Assembly (NCBI GenBank): GCA_051362555.1
Contig: CM120640.1
Coordinates: 45,858,788 to 45,922,787 of the forward strand
DNA: 64,000 bases
Source of the DNA: Lingula anatina
Taxonomy: Eukaryota; Animalia; Brachiopoda
Direction of reading: 5' to 3'
The notes below the pieces were generated by a model. That model ran no database searches. It saw only the letters and a list, made by a program, of their open reading frames with translations, and was not told the origin of the DNA. Of the stretch, positions 42,535 through 59,813 are shown piece after piece. Position 1 is the first letter of the stretch, and every line of letters begins with the position of its first letter. The position numbers and the translations under genes were made by a program.

Positions 42535-43250
42535 ATTGCTAAGTGCTTCTTTCACAACAATCGTACTTTATGCAACCTAAAAAAACAAGATCATGCTGTA
42601 AATAAAAGAAGGCAGTCTGGTCTCATAATAGTTTAACCCAAGTCTTCATACTGATAAAAGTAGTTTCTCTCAACATACCTGGCATAAAAATTTAACGGGG
42701 GTGAAAGAAGGAAGACAAAACTACAGGACTCTTATTACTACTGCCTGTACTGACGACTAATTACTTTTATCAAAAAATTAAACCAGACGACGAGAATCCA
42801 ACAGTTCATGTACCTCAGTTCAAGAAATTTTGTTTCACGTAATTATTATATATTTAGCACGTTCACGTCCGAAAACAGCTCCTCTTCTTGGTTTCTTTTG
42901 CATGCCGGATATATTGAGACTTTATACATAGATCCATGCTGAATATTTGCCTCGGCAGCAACTTTTGCAAGGGACGTTCTAAATTTAACACTCACATCAT
43001 CGATGTTTGTAGCGTCGAACCATGTGCAACATTCGGACGTTCAGTGGACTGTGATACGTTTGAGATCATTTGCGCCACTTCGCGGAAATAAAGTTCTTTA
43101 ATTTTTGTAATAGTATATAATGCTGATAATCAGAACAAAAAACCAACAATTTTTGTGAAAGTATGTGAGTAAAATTATGTATAATGTAATGATTCAGAGA
43201 TAAACTGGATTTTTGAAATCTACCTATTTTAGTTAAAACAGAAAGCTGCA

Positions 43251-43360
43251 TGACGTATTATCCGATCACGTGACCTAAAGGTCGTTCCTTTTTCCCGTAG
43301 TCCGCCATAGTACACAACATATGTAATATAGAGGTTGTGTGAAAGCGAAAAGAATCCAAA

Positions 43361-43363
<3 letters not shown>
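43251..43363 (+). promoter_or_regulatory. EEF2 core promoter and 5'UTR with TCT/5'TOP motif
   Basis: Pyrimidine tract TTCCTTTTTCCC 43285-43296 (TCT-motif consensus, predicted +1 C near 43288), TCACGTGAC E-box 43266-43274, TGACGT half-CRE 43251, YY1-like CCGCCAT 43302-43308, then AAAATG|GTAAGT. TOP/TCT promoters are established for EEF2 and ribosomal protein genes. Confidence 0.75.
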
Positions 43364-49504
<6,141 letters not shown>

Positions 49505-49904
49505 GTGGGTGCAGTTATCCAATAGTGCCAGCTGACAAAGTGAAAGTTGTTTAATGAAGGATTAATTTCACACACATTCATGTGACTGGTTGTACCTGGT
49601 ACTGGTAATTGATCTACAATTTCTTTTCACTGTCTTGAATATTGTGTGTGGTATGTTCAATGAATATTGTCTCAAATTATTGTCAAAAGAATTTTTTTAA
49701 AGTTGCATATGAAGTAAAATCATATATTTGTGATATTGTTCTTGCAGCAGTAATGCGGCATACATTACTATATAATTGGGCGGACTTTTTCAGCATATGT
49801 GCAACACTGATAAAAAATTTTAAGGAAAACCGATAGGCTTTTTCAAAGATAACCCCTAGGCCTATTGTCTTGAAACTCACAGGAGTGATCAATCTTACTG
49901 AGCC

Positions 49905-49907
<3 letters not shown>

Positions 49908-49959
<52 letters not shown>
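49908..49959. repeat. (AT)n microsatellite
   Basis: Perfect AT run of 52 bp. Confidence 0.95.
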
Positions 49960-49962
<3 letters not shown>

Positions 49963-50910
49963 GGCTCAACATTAACTTTTTTGGCCACTTGCCCTGGGGG
50001 GGCAAGTGGCAAAAATTTTCACTTGCCCCCTCAGATTCTTTCTAGCTCTCCTTTTTAACGGGAATTTCTGGCTTTTGATCAACGTTAAATGAAATGAATT
50101 CAGTTATGTAACCATTTTTATGTTGTTATTTGTCACAGTTGCATTCAGTGACTTCAGTTCATATAATTAAAAGTCAAACTGTGGATAATGAATACCTTAT
50201 TACAATGTACAACGGCATGATCCTACATCATTGTGAAATATTTAATTTTTATGCAGCTGAAACTAAATAACAAAAAATATATCAATAAAATATGAATGAA
50301 ATCATTCAATGACATTCACTTCAAAAATTGCTAACATTCATTGCAAATCATACACTACATATTACATTAAAAGTAAACAATGAAAAAAATATACACCAGA
50401 CTAGACTGAAGCATGTTAGGAAAGCTGGTGAATGGCATTTCATAGTGGATGACAAAATACACTGTATTGAAGAGCTTCAGGATGAATTCCTTGTTCTTTT
50501 CTCCCCGCTTCTGAACAATCCTGTCAATGGGACCTTGGCCACTGACCACCTGCACAACAGCATTGGCAGCAAGCAAATGCTTGAGAGACTCGAAGTGAAC
50601 CTGAAAACACAGAATGTTCATTCAATATTACAATATTAAATTGAAATTTGTTGATGTAGGATTGTAGCAATGTTATTATTTAACTAAATAAATATGCATT
50701 GCATTCAAACACCCCCGATACTACAGAAGTGAATTCCTAGGGTGTCTTACATAGACGAGATATCATAGAAGAAGCGCATGAGCGAGCTTTGCAGAACTAA
50801 CGAAAACGTATTTTACTCGGTTCAATGTCAAAATCGAAAAATAAATGTTTTGTTAAAAAAATCTATGAAATGTGGTGGGTACTTTGGGCAATGCTTTATG
50901 TTGAGCCCTG
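49960..50910 (-). mobile_element. Internally deleted hAT-superfamily DNA transposon
   Basis: 13-bp TIRs CAGGGCTCAACAT 49960-49972 and ATGTTGAGCCCTG 50898-50910, (TA)n on both flanks. Minus-strand remnant ORF 50367-50621 contains H..S..H...KLFNTVYFVIHYEMPFTSFPNML, resembling the N-terminal region of ZNF862/hAT-type transposases (recognised from memory). Confidence 0.75.
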
Positions 50911-51277
50911 TATATATATATACGCAGGTTGAGTTCGAAAATCAGCATAATCGGGCCATTATTTTAGAAGTTATGCTGTTTTTTTTTTTTTCACATTTCC
51001 TCTGATTCAATTCTTAGGAATGTTAACAGTCTCATTATTGACCTAATCAAATACATAAGTGTTTTTTGACATTCTGCATCTTAACAATATTGTTAGTCAA
51101 TAATATAAAAATGATGTTAAACCTGTTATTGTGTATTGTGTAAATTTTTTTTGCATTATTAATTTCTGCTTTTTATGTACAGACACAGATGTGTCTGTAC
51201 ATATAGCCATCATCTGCGTCTGTCGTCGCCGTCGCCGTCGTCGCTGTCGCCGTCGTCGCCGTCGCCGTGCACTTTTA

Positions 51278-53100
51278 CCGATAACACGATAAATGGAAAA
51301 CTGTTTTTTCTTTTGGTATGAAACTTACAGAACTGATGAATATTCATAATACGCAGGTCAAGTTCGAAAATCAGCATGATCGGGTCACTTTTAGGGAATT
51401 TATGCTGTTTTTTCACTTTTTTCAGCATATATGCAGCACTGATAACACGATAAGTGGAAAACCATTTTACCTTTTGACTTGAAACTTACAAAACTGATGA
51501 ATATTCATAATACGCAGGTCAAGTTCGAAAATCAGCATGATCGGGTCACTTTTAGGGAATTTATGCTGTTTTTTCACTTTTTTCAGCATATATGCAGCAC
51601 TGATAACACGATAAGTGAAAAACCATTTTACCTTTTGGCTTGAAAGTTACAGAACTGATGAATATTCATAATACGCAGGTCAAGTTCGAAAATCAGCATG
51701 ATCGTGTCATTTTTAGGGAATTTATGCTGTTTTTTTCACTTTTTTCAGCATATATGCAACCCCGATAACACGATAAGTGGAAAACCATCCTACCTTTTGG
51801 CTTGAAACTTACAAAACTGATTAATATTCATAATACACAGGTCAAGTTCGAAAATCAGCATGATTGGGTCATTTTTAGGGAATTTATGCTGTTTTTATGT
51901 ACAGACACAGATGTGTCTGTACATATAGCCATCATCTGCGTCTGTCGTCGCCGTCGCTGTCGCCGTCGTCGCCGTGCACTTTTACCGATAACACGATAAA
52001 TGGAAAACTGTTTTTTCTTTTGGTATGAAACTTACAGAACTGATGAATATTCATAATACGCAGGTCAAGTTCGAAAATCAGCATGATCGGGTCACTTTTA
52101 GGGAATTTATGCTGTTTTTTCACTTTTTTCAGCATATATGCAGCACTGATAACACGATAAGTGGAAAACCATTTTACCTTTTGACTTGAAACTTACAAAA
52201 CTGATGAATATTCATAATACGCAGGTCAAGTTCGAAAATCAGCATGATCGGGTCACTTTTAGGGAATTTATGCTGTTTTTTCACTTTTTTCAGCATATAT
52301 GCAGCACCGATAACACGATAAGTGAAAAACCATTTTACCTTTTGGCTTGAAAGTTACAGAACTGATGAATATTCATAATATGCAGGTCAAGTTCGAAAAT
52401 CAGCATGATCGGGTCATTTTTAGGGAATTTATGCTGTTTTTTCACTCTTTTCAGCATATATGCAACCCCGATAACACGATAAGTGGAAAACCATCCTACC
52501 TTTTGGCTTGAAACTTACAAAACTGATTAATATTCATAATACACAGGTCAAGTTTGAAAATCAGCATGATTGGGTCATTTTTAGGGAATTTATGCTGTTT
52601 TTTTCACTATTTTTCAGCATATATGCAGCACCGATAACACCATAAGTGGAAAACCAATTTACCTTTTGGCTTGAAACTTGTAGAACTGATAAATATTCAT
52701 AATACGCAAGTCAAGTTCGAAAATCAGCATGATTCGATTATTGTTAGGGAATTTATGCTGTTTTTTCACTTTTTTCAGCATATATGCAGCACTGATAACA
52801 CAATAAGTGGAAAACTGTTTTTTCATTTGGCTTGAAACTTACAGAACTAATGAATATTCATAATACGCAGGTCAAGTTTGAAAATCAGCAAGATAGGGCA
52901 ATTTTTATGGAAGTTTTCTTTTTTTTTTTTTTTTTTCAATTTTTTCAGCACTTTTATAACACCGATAACATGATAAGTGTAAAAATGTTTTTCCTTTCCT
53001 TGGATTGAAATTTACAGAACTGGTGAATATTTATTATACGCAGGTCAAGTTTGAAAATTGGCATGATTGGACTATTTTTACTAAAGTAATGCTGTTTTTT
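51278..53100. repeat. 161-bp tandem repeat arrays of HINE copies 1 and 2
   Basis: Marker ACGCAGGTCAAGTTCG (or close variant) at 51351, 51512, 51673, 51835 and 52058, 52219, 52380, 52541, 52704, 52865 (period 161-163); further units at 56640-56960 and 57060-57510. Confidence 0.95.
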
Positions 53101-55757
53101 TCCCTTTATTCAGCATACATGCAACACTGATAACGCATTTTAAGGAAAACCAATCAGCCTTTTGTCTTGCAACTCACAGGAGTGATCAATCTGACCAGTA
53201 TACAGATCAAGTTTGAAAATAAGCTTGATCAGTTAAGTTTTGATGAAGTTATTAGCCTTTTTGTATATAAGTGGTTTTTCTTCAGATTTAATTCTTAAGC
53301 ATGTTAACAGTCTCATAACGGTACTAATTGGATATGTTAAAGTGTTGTTTTAACATTTTCTGCTTCTTAACAATATTGTTAGTTGATTATATAAAAATGA
53401 CGGTAAACCTATTATCCTGCATTGTGTAATAAAGTATCAAAAATGGAAAGGAACTCATCATTGCAGTTCGTCAGATTCAATCATTCACTATGTTCAGAAT
53501 CTCCAAATGGAGCTAATTGGACATTATAAATTGTTCTATTGATATTTTTCCTATGTCAACAATTTTCCTAGTTGATAATTTAAAAATGACAGTTAATTGA
53601 TGATGGTTTTATGTAAAAAAGGTGTTGAAAATGGAAAGAAAATCATTTCAGTACAGTTATCTCTTGTTAACATTTTGGCATTTTGAAAGTGTGACCCTAA
53701 CTTCCATGTCCCTGGAGACCTTTCCATATCACATTTTCTGAATATCCATGATACTTTTATTTTTTTATAAAAAATTTGATGGTCATTTTGCTGTTAAGTA
53801 TTATGTTATATTGCATGAAAGTTAAAGAAAACCCTATTTTGGACACTGCTGCCAGGATAGCGATTAAGGGAAAACCATGTTACTTATGATAATCAACCTT
53901 ACTGAAAAGAGTGAAGTGCAGCTTGTGTTGGAAAACCATCGTAATTGTTTTCTGTTTTGAAAGCAATGCAGTACAGTGCTATTTGGTGCAATAAATGTAT
54001 ATGGATAGTAGGCAGTTAATTCAGGGTTATAAAATAATTTGCTTAATTGATTTTCAAGTTATTTCAGGGTTATAAAATAATTTGCTTAATTAATTTTCAA
54101 GTGGGTATTAAATGAGATTACATAAAAACACATTGAGATTTCATTGTAAAGTCCCATCGGTTTAGCTTTCTTAACTGTGTCACATAATTAGGAATCGATG
54201 ATTATTATGCAGGTAAATGTTATTTAATATGGAAAATAAGTTTACAAAAAAAAATTTGTGTAACGCTTACATTAATGCTAAAGATGAATAACAGTGCCTT
54301 ATTATTCTCAAACTCAATAGGGTTATTCATATCATGTTAGTAATTGTACAGCTAGATTAAAAGTTTGAATAGCAGCTTTATTGGTATTTTTTGGTATGTT
54401 TTATTTTACATTTTCTTTTAATTTTTTTATGCTGTTTTTTCACTTTTTTCAACATATATGCAACATTAATAACACAATATAAGAAAAACAGCTTAGCCAA
54501 TTGTCATTATACTCACAGGAGTGGTCAATCTTACAAAAATGCAGGTTGAATTCGAAAATCAGTGTTATCGGGCCATTATTTTAGAAGTTGTACTGTTTTT
54601 TCAAATTTCCTCAGATTCAATTCTTAGGCATGTTAACAGTCTCATTATTGAACTAATAAGATACGTAAAAGTGTGTGTTTGATATTTCCTGCATCTTTAC
54701 AACATTGTTAGTTGATTATGTAAAAATGATGGTAAACTTGTTATCATGTATTGTGTAATCAAGTGTCCAAAACGGAAATAAACTCATATCATTGCAGTTT
54801 GTCAGATTCAATCATCCACATCTGCCATGATGACCATGATGGGAAAACCGTGTTCGTTATGATTGTCAAACTTTCAAAAAAGAAACACAGGACTAAAATG
54901 CAGCCCAAGTTGGAAAAGCAGTCTAATGGGCTTCTTTTTCTGGAAGTTATTCATTTTAGTGAAATATTCATTATCTTTTTGGCATATTCATTGTGGGACT
55001 CGGAGCTCCCATGGACATGAAGCCGGATGGTAATCAAATTTTCTACATGTTCATGCTATTTATAGTCAATAATCAAAAATTGGTGATAATTATTCTATAA
55101 TTTATTATGTAATGTTACATCAAAATTGACAATAATCTTTTTGCACTGCTACTGCAAACATTATGAAAAGAAAACTGTGTTATTTATTATTATATTTAAC
55201 TTAAGAGTATGATTTTTAGGATTGGCATGCAGTTCAAATTAGAAAGCCAGGTCAATTGGGTTATCATTTATTATTGAATTTTATGCAATTTTGTGTGAAA
55301 TTTCATTTTTCTCATTCTGGCACTTTCTAAGTATAAACTTGAACTCTGATGGGCCTGAAGCCTTATGCTTTTACTCTCATCGGTGTTACCTGTTGTGCAG
55401 AATTAAAATTTGATGTTGACTGTGCAGTTAAACAATGTATTATTGCATCAGAAGTGGTAGTCTCCTATTTTGTGCATTATTGTTTTGTGCTCTTCTTAAG
55501 TTGTGACTTATGGGCCTGAAAGACCTTTGAGAGGGTCAGTCTATAAATTTCCCTTGGGTATCACTTCGCTAATTTCAGTTATAAAGTAATTTGCCTAATT
55601 GATAGGCTACATAAAGCACACTTGTGATTTGAGATTACATAAAGCACACTTGTTGATATTTCCCTGTAAACTCCCATAGGTTAAGCTCTCTGCTAGATTA
55701 ATAATAAGGAAGCAGTGATAATTATGCAGGTAAATTTTGTTTAATATTGCAAATAAG

Positions 55758-55758
<1 letters not shown>

Positions 55759-55837
<79 letters not shown>
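55759..55837. repeat. (TA)n microsatellite in HINE copy 2
   Basis: Perfect run; explains the IYIYIY ORF. Confidence 0.95.
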
Positions 55838-55839
<2 letters not shown>

Positions 55840-55884
55840 AACTGAAAGATTAAAAGTTTGAATAGCAGCTTCATTGGAATTATA

Positions 55885-56070
55885 TTTACCTCTGCCAAGG
55901 AGGTTATATTTTCACCCCTGTTTGTCATCAACATAACTCAAAAAGTTATGGACCGATTTTGCTGAAATTTTCAGGAACTGTCAGAAGTGGGCCAAAGAGG
56001 ACAAAAATCAATAATAATCAACAATTGCTACCTTGGCAGAGGTCTGCACTCTCGGAGTGCTTTTCTAGTT
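55885..56070 (+). mobile_element. Mini HINE/DINE-like element (about 185 bp) nested in copy 2
   Basis: subTIRs ACCTCTGCCAAGG 55888-55900 and CCTTGGCAGAGGT 56031-56043, hairpin GCACTC-tcg-GAGTGC 56046-56060, CTAG-TT end. Confidence 0.85.
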
Positions 56071-58263
56071 TTGTTGTTTTCCTTTATAATTTTTTCTCAA
56101 ACACTTGCATTTGTGACTTTAAACTCTCATCCGCCTGAGACTCTGACATTTCTGTTTTTCCACATAAGCAGTTGTATTGTTTTTTATGTCTTTAAACATT
56201 ATGTTACTTATGTAATATTATTTTATGCACTGTCATCATTTTTCAAATATTAAGACTTACATCATGTGAATTTGAACTCTCATGGTCCTGAAACTAATCT
56301 TATTGAAAGGGTAGATTGAGACCATCTTCTGGGACTTCCGGAAGACAGTCAGGTTATTAAGTTTATATTGCCTGGTATCTATTTTTTCTTCTGTTGGAAG
56401 ACCATCAAAATGGAGGATGGATCAAAATAGATACTTTGGAATACTGTCAGAAAATATCTCTGGGTCCGCTCATGTTATTGACCATTTTACCTGTTGTGCA
56501 TGATTAAAATTCAGTGTTGACTGACAGTGCTATTATAAGCATTATTTATTATTGCATCAAAATTGACAAAATGACCTATTTTGCATCTTTATTTTCTGTT
56601 TTTTGTCTGTACATTTGACAGCTTTGCTGCCTTGTTTCACTATTTTTCAGCATATATGCAGCACCGATAACACCATAAGTGGAAAACCAATTTACCTTTT
56701 GGCTTGAAACTTGTAGAACTGATAAATATTCATAATACGCAAGTCAAGTTCGAAAATCAGCATGATTCGATTATTGTTAGGGAATTTATGCTGTTTTTTC
56801 ACTTTTTTCAGCATATATATGCAGCACTGATAACACAATAAGTGGAAAACTGTTTTTTCATTTGGCTTGAAACTTACAGAACTAATGAATATTCATAATA
56901 CGCAGGTCAAGTTTAAAAATCAGCAAGATCGGACAATTTTTATGGAAGTTATCCTGTTTTTATGTACAGACACAGATGTGTCTGTACATATTGCCATCAC
57001 CTGCGTCTGTCGTCGCCGTCGCCGTTCATGTCGCCGTTCATGTCGCAGTGCACTTTCAGCGTTAACACCATAAGTGGAAGACAGTTTTACTTTTTGGCTT
57101 TATATTTACAGAGCTGATGAATATTCATAAAACGCAGGTCAAGTTCGAAAATCAGCATGATCGGGCCATTATTGTAGAATTTATGCTGTTTTTTCACTTT
57201 TCAGCATATATGCAACACTGTTAACACATTTCAAAGAAAACTGATAAGCCTGTTGTCATGAAACTCACAGGAGTAATCAATCTTACTAAAACGCAGGTCA
57301 AGTTCGAAAATCGGCATGATCGGGCCACCATTTTAGTAGTTATGCTGTTTTTTCACTTTTCAGCATATATGCAACACTGTTAACACATTTCAAAGAAAAC
57401 TGATAGGCCTGTTGTCATGAAACTCACAGGAGTAATCAATCTTACTAAAACGCAGGTCAAGTTCGAAAATCAGCATAATCGGGCCATTATTTTATAAGTT
57501 ATGCTGTTTTTTCACATTTCTTCTTGATTCAATTCTTAGGCATGTTAACAGTCTCATTATTTAATTAATAAGATACGTTAAAGTGTTTGCTTGACATTTC
57601 CTGCATCTTTACAACATTGTTAGTTGATTATGTAAAAATGATGGTAAACTTGTTATCATGTATTGTGTAATAAAGTGTCAAAAATGGAAATAAACTCATA
57701 TTATTGCAGTTTGTAAGATTCATTCATTCATTCACTATGTTCAGAAACTCAGAATGGAGGAAATTGGACATTAAACACTGTTCTATTGATATTTTTCCCA
57801 TCTCATCAATTTTCTTAGTTGATCATATAAAAATGGCAGTAAAGTGTTAATTTTGTTATATGTTAAAAAATTGTTAAAAATGGAAAAAAATGCATTTCAG
57901 GACAGTACTGTCTTGTCTACATTTTGGCATTTTCAAGTTGTGACTTTGAAGTTCCATGGGCCTGAAGACCTTTGCTAGTCACATTTTCTGAATATCCATG
58001 ATACTAATATTTTATTATTAAAAATTGATGGTTATTATCCTGTTAAACATTATGTAATATTGCATCAAAATTTGAAGAAACCCCTATTTTGGACACTGCT
58101 CCCTTAATGACCATTTAAAGAAAACTATGTCACTTACTGTTCTCAAACTTACAGGAAAGAAACATGGGACTAAAATACAGTTTCATTAGGCAGTGCAGTC
58201 TATTTGGTAAATTTTTCTGGCAGTTAATCAGTTTTTTGTGAAAATTTAATTTTTCACATATTC

Positions 58264-59782
58264 ATAATAATAATAATAATTTATTAAGCCAATAAAATAC
58301 AAATGTATAAAATCGGGAATCTTTTGCCCTGTAGTAGCGCCATTGAAATATAAAAAAATGAAAATTAAAATTACATGTTAAAGTTAAAAATAGTTACTGC
58401 CGAAGGATAAAAGCTATTTAAAAATCGCTTACTACCCTTAAAAGCTAAGAGTCTCGAATTGCTAGGTAAAAATTTAAAAAGGGTATGGGCTGGATGGGAA
58501 CTGTCTGTCATTATTGATAATGTTTTCTTTTTAGTCCTGTCTAGATATATAGTATGGACGGGAGTTAGATCTGTTCCAATTACAATCCCTGCAGTTTCGA
58601 TGATCTTTTCCAACTTGTTCCTCTCCTCAACAGTTGCACGTCCATACCAAACAGTTACTGAATAAGTTAAAATACTCTCTAAAACACACCTGTAAAAGTT
58701 CGTTAAAATAAACACATTTCTGGTAAAAGCTTTCAATTTCCTTAAGAAATACATTCGTTGACGTGCCTTTTTCAATAGCTTCGTGATGTTATCGCCCCAG
58801 GTTAACCTATTATTCAGCTGAACCCCTAGTAATTTATAATTAGAAACCTGTTCGACCGCTTTACCGTTAACTTCCAAGGGATTTTTACTTATCTGATTTC
58901 TTCTGAAGTCTATGATCATTTCTTTTGTTTTGCTCACATTTAATATCAAGTCATTGTCTGTGCACCAATTTACTAAACTTGTAACCGACTGCCTGTATGA
59001 CATCTCATCATTATGGTGTATCAAGCCGACTAAAGTTGTGTCATCGGCAAACTTCATTAAAAATGTATTTTCCTCCCTCGCCACACAGTCGTGGGTGAAT
59101 AACGTATATAAACAAGGTGATAAGACGCAGCCCTGGGGTGTGCCAGTGTTTAAAACTATAGTGTCTGAGAAGTTAAAACCGACTTTTACTGACTGTTTTC
59201 TGTTTAAAAGAAAATCTAAAATCCAATCGCAGAGTGCTGGTGGAAAATTAAGATCATCCAAAAGTTTAAAATACAATTTGCTTGGTACAATAGTATTAAA
59301 TGCTGAGCTATAGTCAACAAATAAAATTCTAACATAGGCATTTTTACAATCAAGATGTTCGAGAACTTTGTGTAAACACATAGAAAGAGCATCGTCTACA
59401 CTTCTGTTACTGCGGTAGGCAAATTGGAGTGGATCAAAGCTATTTGGCACTAAGGTTTTAATAAAAGACAGAACAAGTTTTTCGAATATCTTCATAGGCA
59501 CCGGTGTCAAAGCAACAGGACGGAGATCATTTAAATTCTCTACAGTTTTACTTTTTGGCACAGGTATGATGGTTGCTGTCTTCCATATTTCAGGCACTCT
59601 GCACATTTCAATTGACCAGTTGAATATTTCCGCGAACACATCTGAAAGCTGGGCTGCGCATTCCTTTAAAAGTCGTGATGTTATACCGTCAGGGCCTGGA
59701 GCTTTCCTGGTGTTTAAAGCCGAGAAATAACACTTGACTTGCCATGATTGAATAGTAAATGGCGGCACGCGCTCCCCTAGGG
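58264..59782 (-). mobile_element. 5'-truncated non-LTR retrotransposon, Rex1/Babar-like (L2/CR1 group)
   Basis: Uninterrupted RT ORF; AATAAA (58285-58280) directly followed by an (ATT)n tail 58279-58264; host HINE sequence resumes at about 59783; no endonuclease domain. Confidence 0.9.
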
Positions 59783-59813
59783 TTGGCAATTTCAAGGTGT
59801 GACTTAGAACCAC
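58371..59813 (-). CDS. LINE reverse transcriptase (partial ORF2)
   Basis: KAPGPDGI, IIPVPK, RPVALT, DPLQFAYR, LFVDYSSAFNTI, GTPQGCVLSP, catalytic KFADD, LNVSKTKEM, YKLLGV. The first ~10 codons of the listed ORF come from flanking host repeat, so it has no native start. Confidence 0.92.
   Translation of the reverse strand: MVLSHTLKLPTLGERVPPFTIQSWQVKCYFSALNTRKAPGPDGITSRLLKECAAQLSDVFAEIFNWSIEMCRVPEIWKTATIIPVPKSKTVENLNDLRPVALTPVPMKIFEKLVLSFIKTLVPNSFDPLQFAYRSNRSVDDALSMCLHKVLEHLDCKNAYVRILFVDYSSAFNTIVPSKLYFKLLDDLNFPPALCDWILDFLLNRKQSVKVGFNFSDTIVLNTGTPQGCVLSPCLYTLFTHDCVAREENTFLMKFADDTTLVGLIHHNDEMSYRQSVTSLVNWCTDNDLILNVSKTKEMIIDFRRNQISKNPLEVNGKAVEQVSNYKLLGVQLNNRLTWGDNITKLLKKARQRMYFLRKLKAFTRNVFILTNFYRCVLESILTYSVTVWYGRATVEERNKLEKIIETAGIVIGTDLTPVHTIYLDRTKKKTLSIMTDSSHPAHTLFKFLPSNSRLLAFKGSKRFLNSFYPSAVTIFNFNM

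Larger units (their letters stand above)
49780..51170 (+). mobile_element. Degenerate older copy of the 161-bp-satellite HINE family (outer host of the nest), interrupted by the hAT element
   Basis: Sequence on either side of the hAT (AATCTTACT | TACGCAGGTTGAGTTCGAAAATCAGCAT) rejoins into the family consensus seen at 57440-57480; its 5' head was not found. Confidence 0.55.
51892..56636 (+). mobile_element. HINE copy 2, full length about 4.75 kb, nested in copy 1
   Basis: Head palindrome 51897-51924, 161-bp array, 3' subTIR TGTCTGTACAT 56604-56614, hairpin GACAGC-ttt-GCTGCC, CTTG-TT end; near-identical to the reassembled copy 1. Confidence 0.85.
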
